Source of the DNA: Mobula hypostoma
Lineage: Eukaryota
DNA length: 64,000 bases
Reading direction: 5' to 3'
Assembly (NCBI RefSeq): GCF_963921235.1
Contig: NC_086100.1
Coordinates: 204,292,001 to 204,356,000, forward strand
The stretch's first letter is position 1, and each line of letters opens with the position of its first letter. Positions 37,100-49,803 of this stretch are shown piece by piece. Made by a program: the position numbers and the translations under genes. The notes under the pieces are model-generated. The model ran no database searches, was not told the DNA's origin, and worked only from the letters and a program-made list of their open reading frames with translations.

Positions 37100-38045
37100 A
37101 GATACTTATATGTTTAGTGAAATAACAAGCCGGTAGTGGGGTTGTGTGGCTCTGTTGGTAAAATATTAAATAAAATCTTTAGAAAGAGGTGGCAGAGGGT
37201 TCGAAGGTGTAGAACGTGTGGGTAGAATTAAGGAACAGCAAATGTAAAAAAAAAATCCCTGATGGGAATTGTGCAGAGACCCCCAAACAGTAGTAAGTAT
37301 GTGGTCCACAGATTACAATGGGAGATGGAAAATATTTGCCAAAAGGGCAATGTTACAATAGTCATGGGGAATTGTCATGCAGGTGATTAGGAAAATTAGG
37401 ATGGGGTTTGCCTCAAGAGGAGAAATTCCTAGAATGCCTACAAGATCAAAAGGGAGTTAGATATGGCCCTTGTGGCTAAAGGGATCGGGGGTATGGAGGG
37501 AAGGCTGGTACAGGGTTCTGAGTTGGAAGATCAGCCATGATCATACTGAATGGCGGTGCAGGCTCGAAGGGCCGAATGGCCTACCCCTGCACCTATTTTC
37601 TATGTTTCTATGTTTCTAAGATGGTTTTTTGGAGCAGCTCATCGTTGAGCCCACTTGGGGATCAGCTATTCTGGATTGGGTGTTGTAATGAAGCGGAATT
37701 AATTAGGTCACTAAAGTTCAGGGAACCCTGACGGGCAAGTGATCTTAATATGATCAAATACACTCTAACATTAGAGAAGGAGAAGCTAAAGTCAGATGTG
37801 GAATAAAGAAAATTAGAGAGGCATGAGAGAAAAATTGGTAAAAATTGATTTGAAAAGAACACGGCAGGGATGAAAACAGAGCAGCAATGGCTGTTATTTC
37901 TGGAAGCAATTCGGAAGGCACAGGATATACACATCAGAAAGAGGAAGTAATATTCTAAAGGTAAGGTGACAAACCGTGGCCGATAAGAAAAACGAAAGAC
38001 AACATAAAAAGCAAAGAGAGGGCACAGAACAGAAATTACTAGGAA
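37100..38045 (+). mobile_element. Old CR1 endonuclease-region relic with a short young CR1 3' end inserted at about 37446-37617
   Basis: Degenerate CR1 endonuclease sequence; insert aagggagttagatatggccc..ttctatgtttcta is absent from copy 2. Confidence 0.7.
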
Positions 38046-38064
38046 ATAACGTATTGATTATCAT

Positions 38065-39900
38065 ATAAATTGTAATATTTTGACTCTGCAACTCTATCAG
38101 GCTTAAATTTATGGCGCCTTTATAAAGTGTTGGACGGCATTCATGAGTTTTTATTTTAAAGCAAGAATTTGGTAAATGATATTTGCCAATTCATTGTACC
38201 TGTGTTAGTAATCAGATTGAGTTAAAATGCTGCAGGATCTTGAAATGTGTTGGATTGCGACTGGTTTCTCTTAGTATTTTCTGCACATTGCCTTGTTTGA
38301 TTATATTTCAGGTATTTTTGATTTTTGCCCCTTTTGTTAACCACCTTGTCCTGTATTTCTGCAAGGAACCCCTCTGTTTCTGGGAAGAGGTCTCCAACTC
38401 TCAGTCAGGTGCTCGATGCTTCCATGTCACCATCTCGTCTGCTCAGATCATTGGGATGTCTCCCATGGAGGGTCATACTCATTCCACTGGTTAATGTTTT
38501 CTTCCATAGTGATGATTCGTTTTTCTGAGTTGGCCTCTCATTTAAGTTTTTTGGTATGTATTTATTATCACGATTGCATGTACACTCATGGAGTGCTGAA
38601 TTTTGTTCATTTTTGATGAAAATATATGCCTAGAAATTTTATCTGACTGTTGTGTGATTACTTTTTTCATGTGTGTTATTTCTCTTCCTCCTTCTGTCCA
38701 CAGTCGTGTTAATTTAAGTGGGTTTGAGTGTAAATAGTCTTTTCTAAAGTTCTTATTTATCTTTGTAAAATTTATTGATTGAAATAAATCAATGACACGA
38801 AGCTGGGTGGCAGCGTTAGCAGTGAGGAGGATGCTAAGAGGATGCAGGGTGACTTGGATAGGTTGGGTGAGTGGGCAAACTCATGGCAGATGCAATTTAA
38901 TGTGGATAAATGTGAAGTTATCCACTTTGGTGGCAAAAATAGGAAAACAGATTATTATCTGAATGGTGGCCGATTAGGAAAAGGGGAGGTGCAACGAGAC
39001 CTGGGTGTCATTATACACCAGTCATTGAAAGTGGGCATGCAGGTACAGCAGGCGGTGAAAAAGGCAAATGGTATGCTGGCATTTATAGCGAGAGGATTCG
39101 AGTACAGGAGCAGGGAGGTACTACTGCAGTTGTACAAGGCCTTGGTGAGACCACACCTGGAGTATTGTGTGCAGTTTTGGTCCCCTAATCTGAGGAAAGA
39201 CATCTTTGCCATAGAGGGAGTACAAAGAAGGTTCACCAGATTGATTCCTGGGATGGCAGGACTTTCATATGAAGAAAGACTGGATGAACTGGGCTTGTAC
39301 TCGTTGGAATTTAGAAGATTGAGGGGGGATCTGATTGAAACATATAAGATCCTAAAGGGATTGGACAGGCTAGATGCAGGAAGATTGTTCCCGATGTTGG
39401 GGAAGTCCAGAACGAGGGGTCACAGTTTGATGATAGAGGGGAAGCCTTTTAGGACCGAGATTAGAAAAAACTTCTTCACACAGAGAGTGGTGAATCTGTG
39501 GAATTCTCTGCCACAGGAAACAGTTGAGGCCAGTTCATTGGCTATGTTTAAGAGGGAGTTAGATATGGCCCTTGTGGCTACAGGGGTCAGGGGGTATGGA
39601 GGGAAGGCTGGGGCAGGGTTCTGAGTTGGATGATCAGCCATGATCATAATAAATGGCGGTGCAGGCTCGAAGGGCCGAATGGCCTACTCCTGCACCTATT
39701 TTCTATGTTTCTATGAAATGGGACCAAGATATTTTTATTTTTAAAAAAAATGAGTATTGGTATTGATGAAAATATTTATTGCCTTTTTTGCATTTGTTAA
39801 GTATTGCGCTCAGTTTGGCAGGTTTTTTTAAACCTTGAACCAAATTTTGTCAAAGGTTTTCCGCATTTTGCACTACTTTCTATTTTCTTTGTTTGCTGAT
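38065..39900 (-). mobile_element. R4/Dong relic copy 2, interrupted by the CR1 at 38792-39714
   Basis: Paralog of 35250-36240. Confidence 0.65.
38792..39714 (+). mobile_element. CR1 3' fragment (GGKAGAGF subfamily), in duplicate copy 2 only
   Basis: ORF 38842-39624; ttctatg tail; TGAAAT near both ends. Confidence 0.93.
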
Positions 39901-39922
39901 ATTCCAGATACGTGGGTATCAA

Positions 39923-40040
39923 GATTCCCGATGAAGGGTCTTGGCCCGAAATGTTGATTCCCATCCATAGATGCTGCCTGACATGCTGAGTTCCTCCAGC
40001 ACTTTGTGTGTATTTCTCTAGATTTCTAGCATCTGCAGGT
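39923..40040 (+). mobile_element. Penelope-derived short repeat with a mutated hammerhead core (CCGATGA)
   Basis: cccgatgaagggtcttggcccgaaatgttgatt..gatgctgcctgacatgctgagttcctccagca; partly deleted paralog at about 36990-37085. Confidence 0.65.
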
Positions 40041-40216
40041 CCTCTTCTTTCCCAGATACTTATAAGTTTCATGAAAGAACAAGCTCGTAGTGGGGTTGTG
40101 TGGCTCTGTTGGTAAAATATTAAATTAAGTCATTAGAAAGAGGTGGCATGGGGTTGGAAAGTGTAGAATCTGTGGGTAGAATTAAGGAACAGCAAATGTA
40201 AGATGTAAAATGTAAA

Positions 40217-40536
40217 GGTGGGCACTTGGCCAAGTGGTTTAGGCATTGGACTAACTACCTGAAGGTCGTGAGTTCGAGCCCCAGCCGAGGGAACGTGTTG
40301 TGTCCTTGAGCAAGGCACTTAATCACACATTGCTCTGCGACGACACTGGTGCCAAGCTGTATGGGTCCTAATGCCCTTCCCTTGGACAACATTGGTGTCC
40401 TGGAGAGGGGAGACTTGCAGCATGGGCAACTACTGGTCTTCCATACAACCTTGCCCAGGCCTGCGCCCTGGATAGTGAAGACTTTCCAGGTGCAAATCCA
40501 TGGTCTCGCAAGACTAATAGATGCCTTTACTTTACT
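40217..40536 (+). mobile_element. tRNA-derived SINE with a CORE-like central segment
   Basis: A box TGGCCAAGTGG, B box GTTCGAGCC, TGTGTCCTTGAGCAAGGCACTTAA, (TTTAC)2 tail, TSD AAATGTAAA (40208-40216 and 40537-40545); empty site at about 37240. Confidence 0.85.
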
Positions 40537-41645
40537 AAATGTAAAAAAAAAATCCCTGATTGGAATTGTATAGAGGCCAACAAACAGTAGTAAGTTTGTG
40601 GTCCACAAATTAAAATGGGAGATAGAAAATGCGTGGCAAAAGGGCAATGATAGAATAGCCATGAGGAATTGTCATGCAGGTGATTAGGAAAATTAGGATG
40701 GTGTTGGTCTCGAGGAGGAATTCCTAAAACACCTACAAGATGCTTTTTTAGAGCAGCTCGTGGTTGACCCCACTTGGGGATCAGCTATTCTGGATTGATG
40801 TTGTAATGAACTGGAATTAATTAGGTCACTTAAGTTCAAAGAACCTTTAGGTGCAAGCAATCTAACATGATGAAATTCACCCTGACATTAGAGAAGGAGA
40901 AGCTAAAGTCAGATGTGGAATAAAGAGAATTAGAGAGGCATGAGAGAAGAATTGGTCAAAATTGATTTGAAAATAACCTGGGCAGGGATGAAAACAGAGC
41001 AGCAATGGCTGGAATTTCTGGAAGCAATTCGGAAGGCACAGGATATAGACATCACAAAGAGGAATTAGTATTCTAAAGGTAAGGTGACAAAACCGTGGCT
41101 GATAAGAGAAACCAAAGACAACATGAAAACCAAAGAGAGGGCATAGAGCAAAAATTACTCGGAAGTTAGAGGATTGGGAAGCTTTTAAAAACCAACAGAA
41201 TACAACTAAAACAATTAAGAAAGAAAAGACGGAATACTTAGGTGAGCTAGCCAGTAATATTAAAGAGGATACTTTTTTTCTCTTCTTGAGGTACATATAG
41301 TTTAAAAGAGAGGCAGAAGTGGGTATCAAACCACTGGAAAATTATGCTGGAGAGGTAGTAATGGAGTGGGGGTACAAGGTGATGGCGGATGAACTGAATA
41401 AGTATTGTACATCACTCTTATCTCTGGAAGACACTGGCAGGAATATGGAAGTCCCAGATGTCAGTGGTCAGAATGTGTAAAGTTGCGTTACTCGGGAGAA
41501 AGTTCTTCCATATACTCTGTTCTTGGGAAACAGAGATGGTCTGAAGGTAAATAGGTCACCTGGACCAGATGGTGTTCGCCCCAGACATCTGAAAGAGGTG
41601 GATGAAGAGATGCTGAGGCATTTGCAATGATCTTTCAAGAATCGT
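40537..41645 (+). mobile_element. Old CR1 relic (duplicate copy 2 and its continuation)
   Basis: Paralog of 37240-38045, continuing into ggtcacctggaccagatgg (SPGPDG motif). Confidence 0.7.
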
Positions 41646-41709
41646 TAAGGAAATTATATACCAAGAAGTTTTTTCCTTCACTACTCCTCCTCTCCCAGAT
41701 TCACCACTT

Positions 41710-44162
41710 AGAACCATAGAACCATAGAAACTACAGCACATAAACAGCCCTTTTGGCCCTTCTTGGCTGTGCCGAATCATTTTCTGCCGAGTCCCACTGA
41801 CCTGCACACAGACCATATCCCTCCATACACCTCCCATCCATATATCTGTCCAATTTATTCTTAAATGTTAAAAAAGAACCCGCATTTACCACCTCGTCTG
41901 GCAGCTCATTCCATACTCCCACGACTCTCTGTGTGAAGAAGCCCCCGCTAATGTTCCCTTTAAACTTTTCCCCCCTCACCCTAAACCCATGTCCTCTGTT
42001 TTTTTTTCTCCCCCTGCCTCAGTGGAAAAAGCCTGCTTGCATTCACTCTATCTATACCCATCATAATTTTATATACCTCTATCAAATCTACCCTCATTCT
42101 TCTACACTCCAGAGAATAAAGTCCCAACCTATTCAACCTTTCTCTGTAACTGAGTTTCTCAAGTCCCGGCAACATCCTTGTAAACCTTCTCTGCACTCTT
42201 TCAACCTTATTTATATCCTTCCTGTAATTTGGTGACCAAAACTGAATACAATACTCCAGATTCGGCCTCACCAATGCCTTATACAACCTCATCATAACAT
42301 TCCAGCTCTTATATTCAATACTTTGATTAATAAAGGCCAATGTACCAAAAGCTCTCTTTACTACCCTATCTACCCGTGACGCCACTTTTAGGGAATTTTG
42401 TATCTGTATTCCCAGATCCCTCTATTCCACTGCACTCCTCAGTGCCTTACCATTAACCCTGTATGTTCTACATTGGTTTGTCCTTCCAACGTGCAATACC
42501 TCACACTTGTCAGTATTAAACTCCATCTGCCATTTTTTAGCCCATTTTTCCAGCTGGTCCAAGTCCCTCTGCAGGCTCTGAAAACCTTCCTCACTGTCTA
42601 CTACACCTCCAATCTTTGTATCATCAGCAAACTTGCTGATCCAATTTACCACATTATCATCCAGATCATTGATATAGATGACAAATAACAATGGACCCAG
42701 CACTGATCCCTGTGGCACACCACTAGTCACAGGCCTCCACTCAGAGAAGCAATTCTCTACCACCACTCTCTGGCTTCTTCCATCGAGCCAATGTCTAATC
42801 CAATTTACCACCTCTCCATGTATACCTAGCGACTGAATTTTCCTAACTAACCTCCCATGCGGGACCTTGTCAAAGGCCTTACTGAAGTCCATGTAGACAA
42901 TACCCACTGCCTTCCCTTCATCCACTTTCCTGGTAACCTCCTCGATAAACTCCAATAGATTGGTCAAACATGACCTACCACGCACAAAGCCATGTTGACT
43001 CTCCCTAATAAGTCCCAGTCTATCCAAATGCTTGTAGATTCTGTCTCTTAGTACTCCCTCCAATAACTTACCTACTACCGACGTTAAACTTACTGGCCTA
43101 TAATTTCCCGGATTACTTTTCGATCCTTTTTTAAACAACGGAACAACATGAGCCACGCTCCAATCCTCCGGCACCTCACCTGTAGACAGCGACATTTTAA
43201 ATATTTCAGCCAGGGCCCCTGCAATTTCAACACTAGTCTCCTTCAAGGTCCGAGGGAACACCTTGTCAGGTCCCGGGGATTTATCCACTTTAATTTTCCT
43301 GAAGACAGCAAGGACCTCCTCCTTTTCGATCTGTACAGTTTCCATGATCTCACTACTTGTTTCCCTTAATTCCATAGACTTCATGCCAGTTTCCTTAGTA
43401 AACACAGATGCAAAAAACCTATTTAAGATCACCCCCATTTCCTTTGGTTCCGCACATAGCCGACCACTCTGATCTTCAAGAGGACCAATTTTATCCCTTA
43501 CAATCCTTTTGCTCTTAATATACCTGTAAAAGCTCTTTGGATTATCCTTCACTTTGACTGCCAAGGCAACCTCATGTCTTCTTTTAACCCTCCTGATTTC
43601 TTTCTTAAGTATTTTCTTGCACTCCTTATACTCCTCAAGCACCTTATTTACTCCCTGCTTCCTATACACGTCATGCAACTCCCTCTTCTTCTTTATCAGA
43701 GTTGCAATATCCCTTGAGAACCAAGGTTCCTTATTCCTATTCACCTTGCCTTTAATCCTGACAGGAACATACAAATTCTGCACTCTCAAAATTTCTGCTT
43801 TGAAGGCTTCCCACCTACCGATCACATCCATGCCAGAGAACAACCTGTCCCAATCCACGCTTTTAAGATCCTTTCTCATTTCTTCAAATTTGGCCTTCTT
43901 CCAGTTAAGAACCTCAACCCTAGGACCAGATCTATCCTTGTCCATGATCAAGTTGAAACTAATGGTGTTATGATCACTGAAACCAAAGTGCTACCCTACA
44001 CAGACTTCCGTCACTTGTCCTAACTCTTTTCCTAACAGGAGATCCAATATTGCATCCCCTCTAGTTGGTCCCTCTATATATTGATTTAGAAAACTTTCCT
44101 GAACACATTTTACAAACTCTAAACCATCTAGACCCCTAACAGTATGGGAGACCCAATCAATA
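41710..44162 (-). mobile_element. CR1 LINE, 5'-truncated, with a long RT frame
   Basis: ORF 42422-43951 with KSPGPD, NYRPVSLTS, DFSKAFDKVPH, FADDTK; tail catagaaccatag. Confidence 0.95.
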
Positions 44163-44164
44163 TT

Positions 44165-44342
44165 GGATACAAAATTCCCTAAAAGTGGCGTCACAGTCAG
44201 ATAGGGTCGTAAAGAGAGCTTTTGGTACATTGGCCTTTATTAATCAAAGTATTGAGTATAAGAGCTGGAATGTTATGATGAGGTTGTAGAAGGCATTGGT
44301 GAGGCCGAATCTGGAGTATTGTGTTCAGTTTTGGTCACCAAA
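44165..44342 (+). repeat. Inverted copy of CR1 segment 42228-42405, fused to the 5' end of the same CR1
   Basis: Near-exact reverse complement (aaaattccctaaaagtggcgtcac..ttttggtcaccaaa). Confidence 0.85.
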
Positions 44343-44344
44343 AT

Positions 44345-44550
44345 ACACCCAACCAGGACTTCTATCACTTCTTCTACCCTTTCACCCCCGACACTTCTTC
44401 CTCTGACGTCTCATCTTATTTTTCAGTCCTGATGAAGGGTCTTGGCCCGAAATGTCGACTGTTTACTGTTTCCCATATATGCAGTCTGGTTTCCGAGGTT
44501 CCTCTAGCATTTTGTGTATGTGTTTCTTGGATTTCTATCATCCACATATT
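44345..44550 (+). mobile_element. Penelope-type terminal repeat fragment
   Basis: Pyrimidine-rich lead, hammerhead motif, then gttcctctagcattttgtgt..gatttc. Confidence 0.65.
44424..44461 (+). ncRNA. Minimal type I hammerhead ribozyme (Penelope-like)
   Basis: CAGTC-CTGATGA-A-GGGTC-TT-GGCCC-GAAA-TG-TC-GACTG. Confidence 0.72.
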
Positions 44551-44559
44551 TTGTCCTTT

Positions 44560-47500
44560 TTTGATAAAAGCAAACACGGGGTCATATAATATAGCAAGAA
44601 ATTTGTGAGAAGTTAGAGGATTGGAGAGCTTTCACATAACCAACAGGAGACAATTTAAACAAAACACACACAGGAGAGACAAGATGAAAAATTAATGTAA
44701 GTGAGCCAATAATATCAAGTATCAAAAGTTCTTCAGATCCATAAAGAGTAAAAGAGAGGCAAGTGTTGATATTGTACTGCTGGAAGATGATGCTGGCGAG
44801 TTAGTAACAGAGCAAAGAAATAGAGGCCGAATGTAATAAGTATTTTGTGTCAATCTTCACTGTGTAAGACAATAGCAGTATAAGACCATAAGGCATAGGA
44901 GCAGAATTAGGCCATTCAGCTCATCGAGTCTGCTCCACTGTTCTATCATGTCTGATCCGGGTTCTCACTCAACCCCATGCACCTGCATCCTCGGCATATC
45001 CTGTAATGCCCCGACTGATCAGCAATCTGTTAGATTCTGCCTTAAATGTACCCACAGACTTGGCCCCCACCACCATCTGTGTCAGAGAATTCCACAGATT
45101 CATTGCTCTCTGACAAAATAAAATCCTCTTTAACTACTCTGAAAGGTCGCTCCTCAGTTTTGAGGCTGTGCCCTCCGTTATGGCTACCCGCACCATAGGA
45201 AAAGTCCTCTCCTCATCCACCCTCTCTAGACCTTTCCACATTCGGTGGGTTTCAGTGAGATTTATCCCCCACCACCCACATTTATTAAACATAGGTCAGT
45301 GCAAGAGTACAGGCCCAAGGCTGGCAAACACTCCTCATATCCTAACCCCTTCATTCCCGGAATCATCATTTTGAACATCCTCTGGACTCTCTCCAACAAC
45401 AACACACCTTTTCTGAGATATGGGTCCCAAATACTCTTAAGTTCAGCCTAAGTAGTGTCTTATAAGGTACCAGCATTTTATCCTTGCTTATATGTTCTAC
45501 TTCACTTCAAATAAATGCAAACATTGCATATGTCTTCTTTCCCACAGTTTCAACCTGTAAATTATCTTTCTGGTAGTCTTGCCCGAGGACGCATATTTCC
45601 TTCTGTACTTCTGTTGTTTGAACTTTCTCCCCAATCAGATAATACCATACCATAGAACCATAGAAACTACAGCACAGAAACAGGCCTTTTGGCCCTTCTT
45701 GGCTGTGCTGAACCATTATCTGCCTAGTTCCACTGACTGGCACATGGACCATATCCATCCATACACCTCCATTCCATGTATCTGTCCAATTTATTCTTAA
45801 ATGTTAAAAAAGAACCCGCATTTACCACCTCGTCTGGCAGCTCATTCCATACTCCCACCACTCTCTGTCTGAAGAAGCCCCCGCTAATGTTCCCTTTAAA
45901 CTTTTCCCCCCTCATCCTTAACCTAGGTCCTCTGGTTTATTTCTCCCCTTGCCTCAGTGGAAAAAGCCTGCTTGCATTCACTCTGTCTATACCCATCATA
46001 ATTTTATATACCTCTATCAAATCTCCCCTCGTTCTTCTACGCTCCAGGGAATAAAGTCCTAACCTATTCAACCTTTCTCTGTAACTGAGTTTCTCAAATC
46101 CCGGCAACATCCTTGTAAACCTTCTCTGCACTCTTTCAACCTTATTTATATCCTTCCTGTAATTTGGTGACCAAAACTGAACACAATACTCCAGATTCGG
46201 CCTGACCAATGCTTTATACAACCTCATCATAACATTCCAGCTCTTATTCTCAATACTTTGATTAATAAAGGCCAATGTACCAAAAGCTCTCTTTACGACC
46301 CTATCTACCTGTGACACCACTTTTAGGGAATTTTGTATCTGTATTCCCAGATCCCTGAGTTCTACTGCACTCCTCAGTGCCTTACCATTAACCCTGTATG
46401 CTCTACCTTGGTTTGTCCTTCCAACGTGCAATACCTCACACTTGTCTGTATTAAACTCCATCTGCCATTTTTCAGCCCATTTTTCCAGCTGGTCCAAGTC
46501 CCTCTGCAGGCTCTGAAAACCTTCCTCGCTGTCTACTACACCTCCAATCTTTGTATCATCAGCAAATTTGCTGATCCAATTTACCACAATAGTTCACAAT
46601 TGTTCCTTTTTTCGAAAATGCATTATTGCACATTTCCCAATATTGTATTTCATCTGCCACTTTTTTGCCAAAATCCAAATGATTTCTGCTGCCTCATCAT
46701 TTGTCCATCCTGCTTATGACTTCCTCGAAGAACTCTAACAGATTTGTCAGGCAAAGTTTCCCTGTACAGAAGCTATGTTGGCTTTGGCTTATTTTATCAT
46801 TAGTCTCATCGTACCCCAAAACCTCATCTGTTATAATAGACTCAAACACCTTCCCAGTCACTGAGGTTCGGCTAACTGGAGTATAACTTGCTTTTTTTTT
46901 TTTGCCTTCCTTGCTTCTCAAAGATTTGCAATTGACATTTGTAATCCCTCCTGTCCTCCGGGACTATGGAATAATCAAGTGATTCTTGAAAGGTCATGAC
47001 CAATGCATCTGTTATCTCTTCAGCAACCTCTCTCAGGATTCTGGGATGTAGTCCATCTGATCCGAGTGACTTATCCACTTTAAGAACCTGAGTTTGCCTA
47101 GCACGTTTTCCTTTGTAATGGAATGGCACTCACTCCTGCTCCCTGACGCTCACGGATCTCTGGTACACTGGAGGTGTCTTACACAGAGAACACAGATGCA
47201 AAGTAGCTATATAGTTCATCTACCATCTCTTCACCATTTCTACCCCATGAGCAGAATTTTCCAGTGGTCCAATAGCAACTTGCGCCTCACGTTCGCATTT
47301 TTATTACCAGTATAAATTATTGCCTAGTTTGCCCTCATATTTCACCTTTCCACTTCTTACAGCTTGTTGGATTTTAAAAGCTACCCAATTATCTAACATC
47401 CTACTCACTTTTGCTACCTTATAAGCACTTTCCTTGGCTTTTATACAGTCCTTAACTTCTTTTGTCAGCCACGGTAGCCTCGTCCCGCTGTTTGAGAACT

Positions 47501-47900
47501 ACTTCTGCGGGACACATCTATCTTGTACATTATGAACTATTCTCAGAAACGTCAGCCATTTCTGCTCTGGCATCATCCCCACCAGTATCCTTCTCCACTC
47601 CACCTGGAGAATCACCTCTCTCATCCCTCTGTAATTCCCTTTATTCCATTGCGATACTACGCATATGACCTATGCTTCTCGCTCACAAATTGCAGTAGGA
47701 ATTCCACCATATTATGATCACTGCCTGCTAATGGTTTCTTTACATTAACCTCTCTAATAAGATCTGGGTTATTACACAACACAACACCCAATCTAAGACA
47801 ACAGTTCTCTGAGTAGGCTCAACCATCAGCTGCTGTAAAGAGCCATTAAATAAGCATTCAATACATTCCCTCTCTTGCGATCTGACTTAACCTTATTCTC
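44560..47900. mobile_element. Old CR1 relics (about 44560-44880 +, 44880-47900 -) hosting a younger CR1
   Basis: ORF fragments LKVDKSLGSDGLHPRILREVAEEI and YTPVSRTSVTGK. Confidence 0.7.
45650..46587 (-). mobile_element. CR1 3' fragment, same subfamily as 41710-44162
   Basis: VNWISKFADDTK..FPLRQGEK; tail catagaaccatag. Confidence 0.93.
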
Positions 47901-49275
47901 CTGCAGACTGAAGTCATCCACGACAATTGTGTCATTAAATTTATTACATAAATGCCAAACATTCAGGAGTATCTGGGCCAGAAGTGAGGATAAATGCTTT
48001 ACCAAGGAGAGAAGGTGTTTTGGAAAGTGAAAGGCCTGAAGGTAGATAAGACTCCTGGACCAGAAGGTGAACACCTCAGGGTTCAGAAAGAGGTAGCTGA
48101 AGAGATTGTGAAGGCATCAGAGTCATAGAACACGGCAAGACAGGAAAATACCATTCGGTGAATCTAGTCCGTGCCAAAGCATTAATCTGCCCAGTTCCAA
48201 CAACTTGTACCTGGACCATAACCCTCCATATCCTGTTCATCCATGGACCTAAGCAAACTTCTCTTAATGATTGAAATCATCCCTGCCACTTGCTCTGGCA
48301 GCTCGTTGCACACTCTCCCCGCCTCTGATGGAGAAGTTCCCCTTGGCTTCCTCTGAAAGTCATGAGTAATGATCTATCACGAATCACAAGATTTTTGAGC
48401 GGTTCTGGCAGAGTAGAAATTTGCATATTTCACTCCACTCTTCAAGAAGAGAAAGAGGCAGAAGAAAGGAAATTATAGGACAGTTAGTCTGACCTCAGTG
48501 GTCAGGGACATGTCCGAGTGTATTAAGGGTGAGTTTTTTGAGTACTATGATTCTGGGCGCATGATGAAGTCGACCAAAGTCGGCAGGATTCCTTTAGAGG
48601 AAATCGTGTCTGACAAATCACTTGGAGTACTTTGAGGAAATAAAAAGCAAGATGGATAAAGCGGAGGCAGTGGATGTTGGGATTTTCAGATGATCTTTAG
48701 CAAGGTACCCCATGCAAGGCTTATTGAGAAAGTAAGGCGGCATGGGATCTGGGGGGGCATTGATACAGAAAGCAAAAAGTGCCCACAGAAGGCAAAGCGT
48801 GGTTGTAGATGAGTCATATTCTGCATCGAGGACTGACCAGTGGTGTGTCTCAGGGTGTCATAGTCCGGTCCGTGAAGTCCGTATTCCGGTTCACTGTCCG
48901 GTCCATCGACCCTCGCTCCAGGTTTTCCTATCTACCCTGTTTCTGTTCTTGTTGAGCACTAATTGAGGCAGCTGATGCTCGTTGGGGCTGGCTGCATAAA
49001 TACCTCCAGAGACCAGGGCATGGCCGCTGGATTGTTCTTGCCCTTACTCTTTGTATCCCTTCTCCTGCCTTCTGTTTCCTTGCCTAAAGCCCTGTCTGGT
49101 CTTGCCGGTAACCCTCCCCTCGCCTAAAGTTCTGTCTCGCCTCGCTTTGCCAGAAGCCCTGCCTTGTATTGCCGGTAACTCTCGCCTCACCTGAAGTTCC
49201 CGTCTTGCCTTGCTTTGCCAGTAGCCTTGCCTTGTCTTGCTGTCTGGTCCTGGAGCCACCCTGTACCTAGCTCCT

Positions 49276-49770
49276 TTCCTGTCCCTTGCCTCTGCCCAGG
49301 TAAGCCAGGCCGTCTTGCCATTACCTGGGGTTGGTTCTGTCCCTTCCTGTCCCTTGCCTCCGCCCAGGTAAGCCAGGCCGTCTTGCCGTTACCTGGGGAT
49401 GGTTCTGTCCCTTCCTGTCCCTTGCCTCCGCCCAGGTAAGCTAGGCCGTCTTGCCGTTACCTGGGGATGGTTCTGTCCCTTCCTGTCTCTTGCCTCCGCC
49501 CAGGTAAGCTAGGCTGTCTTGCCGTTACCTGGGGTTGGTTCTGTCCCTTCCTGTCCCTTGCCTCCGCCCAGGTAAGCCAGGCCGTCTTGCCGTTACCTGG
49601 GGTTGGTTCTGTCCCTTCCTGTCCCTTGCCTCCGCCCAGGTAAGCCAGGCCGTCTTGCCGTTACCTGGGGATGGTTCTGTCCCTTCCTGTCCCTTGCCTC
49701 CGCCCAGGTAAGCTAGGCCGTCTTGCCGTTACCTGGGGATGGTTCTGTCCCTTCCTGTCTCTTGCCTCTG
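49276..49770 (+). repeat. 68-bp minisatellite x7 inside LTR1, each unit with a CCCAGGTAA/TTACCTGGG hairpin
   Basis: TTACCTGGGG recurs at 49321, 49389, 49457, 49525, 49593, 49661 and 49729. Confidence 0.95.
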
Positions 49771-49803
49771 TTGAGTGGTGATCCGCGCCCTGCCCAGGAG
49801 GAG

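Larger units (their letters stand above)
35250..41160 (+). repeat. Tandem duplication (copy 1 about 35250-38045, copy 2 about 38065-41160) with copy-specific insertions
   Basis: Collinear matches, e.g. ggaagaggtctccaactctcagtcaggtgctcgatgcttcc at about 35566 and 38382, and gagaaggagaagctaaagtcagatgtggaataa at about 37774 and 40891. Confidence 0.9.

Noticed and set aside
40217..40290. tRNA gene
   Set aside because: It is the tRNA-like head of a SINE with body, tail and TSD.
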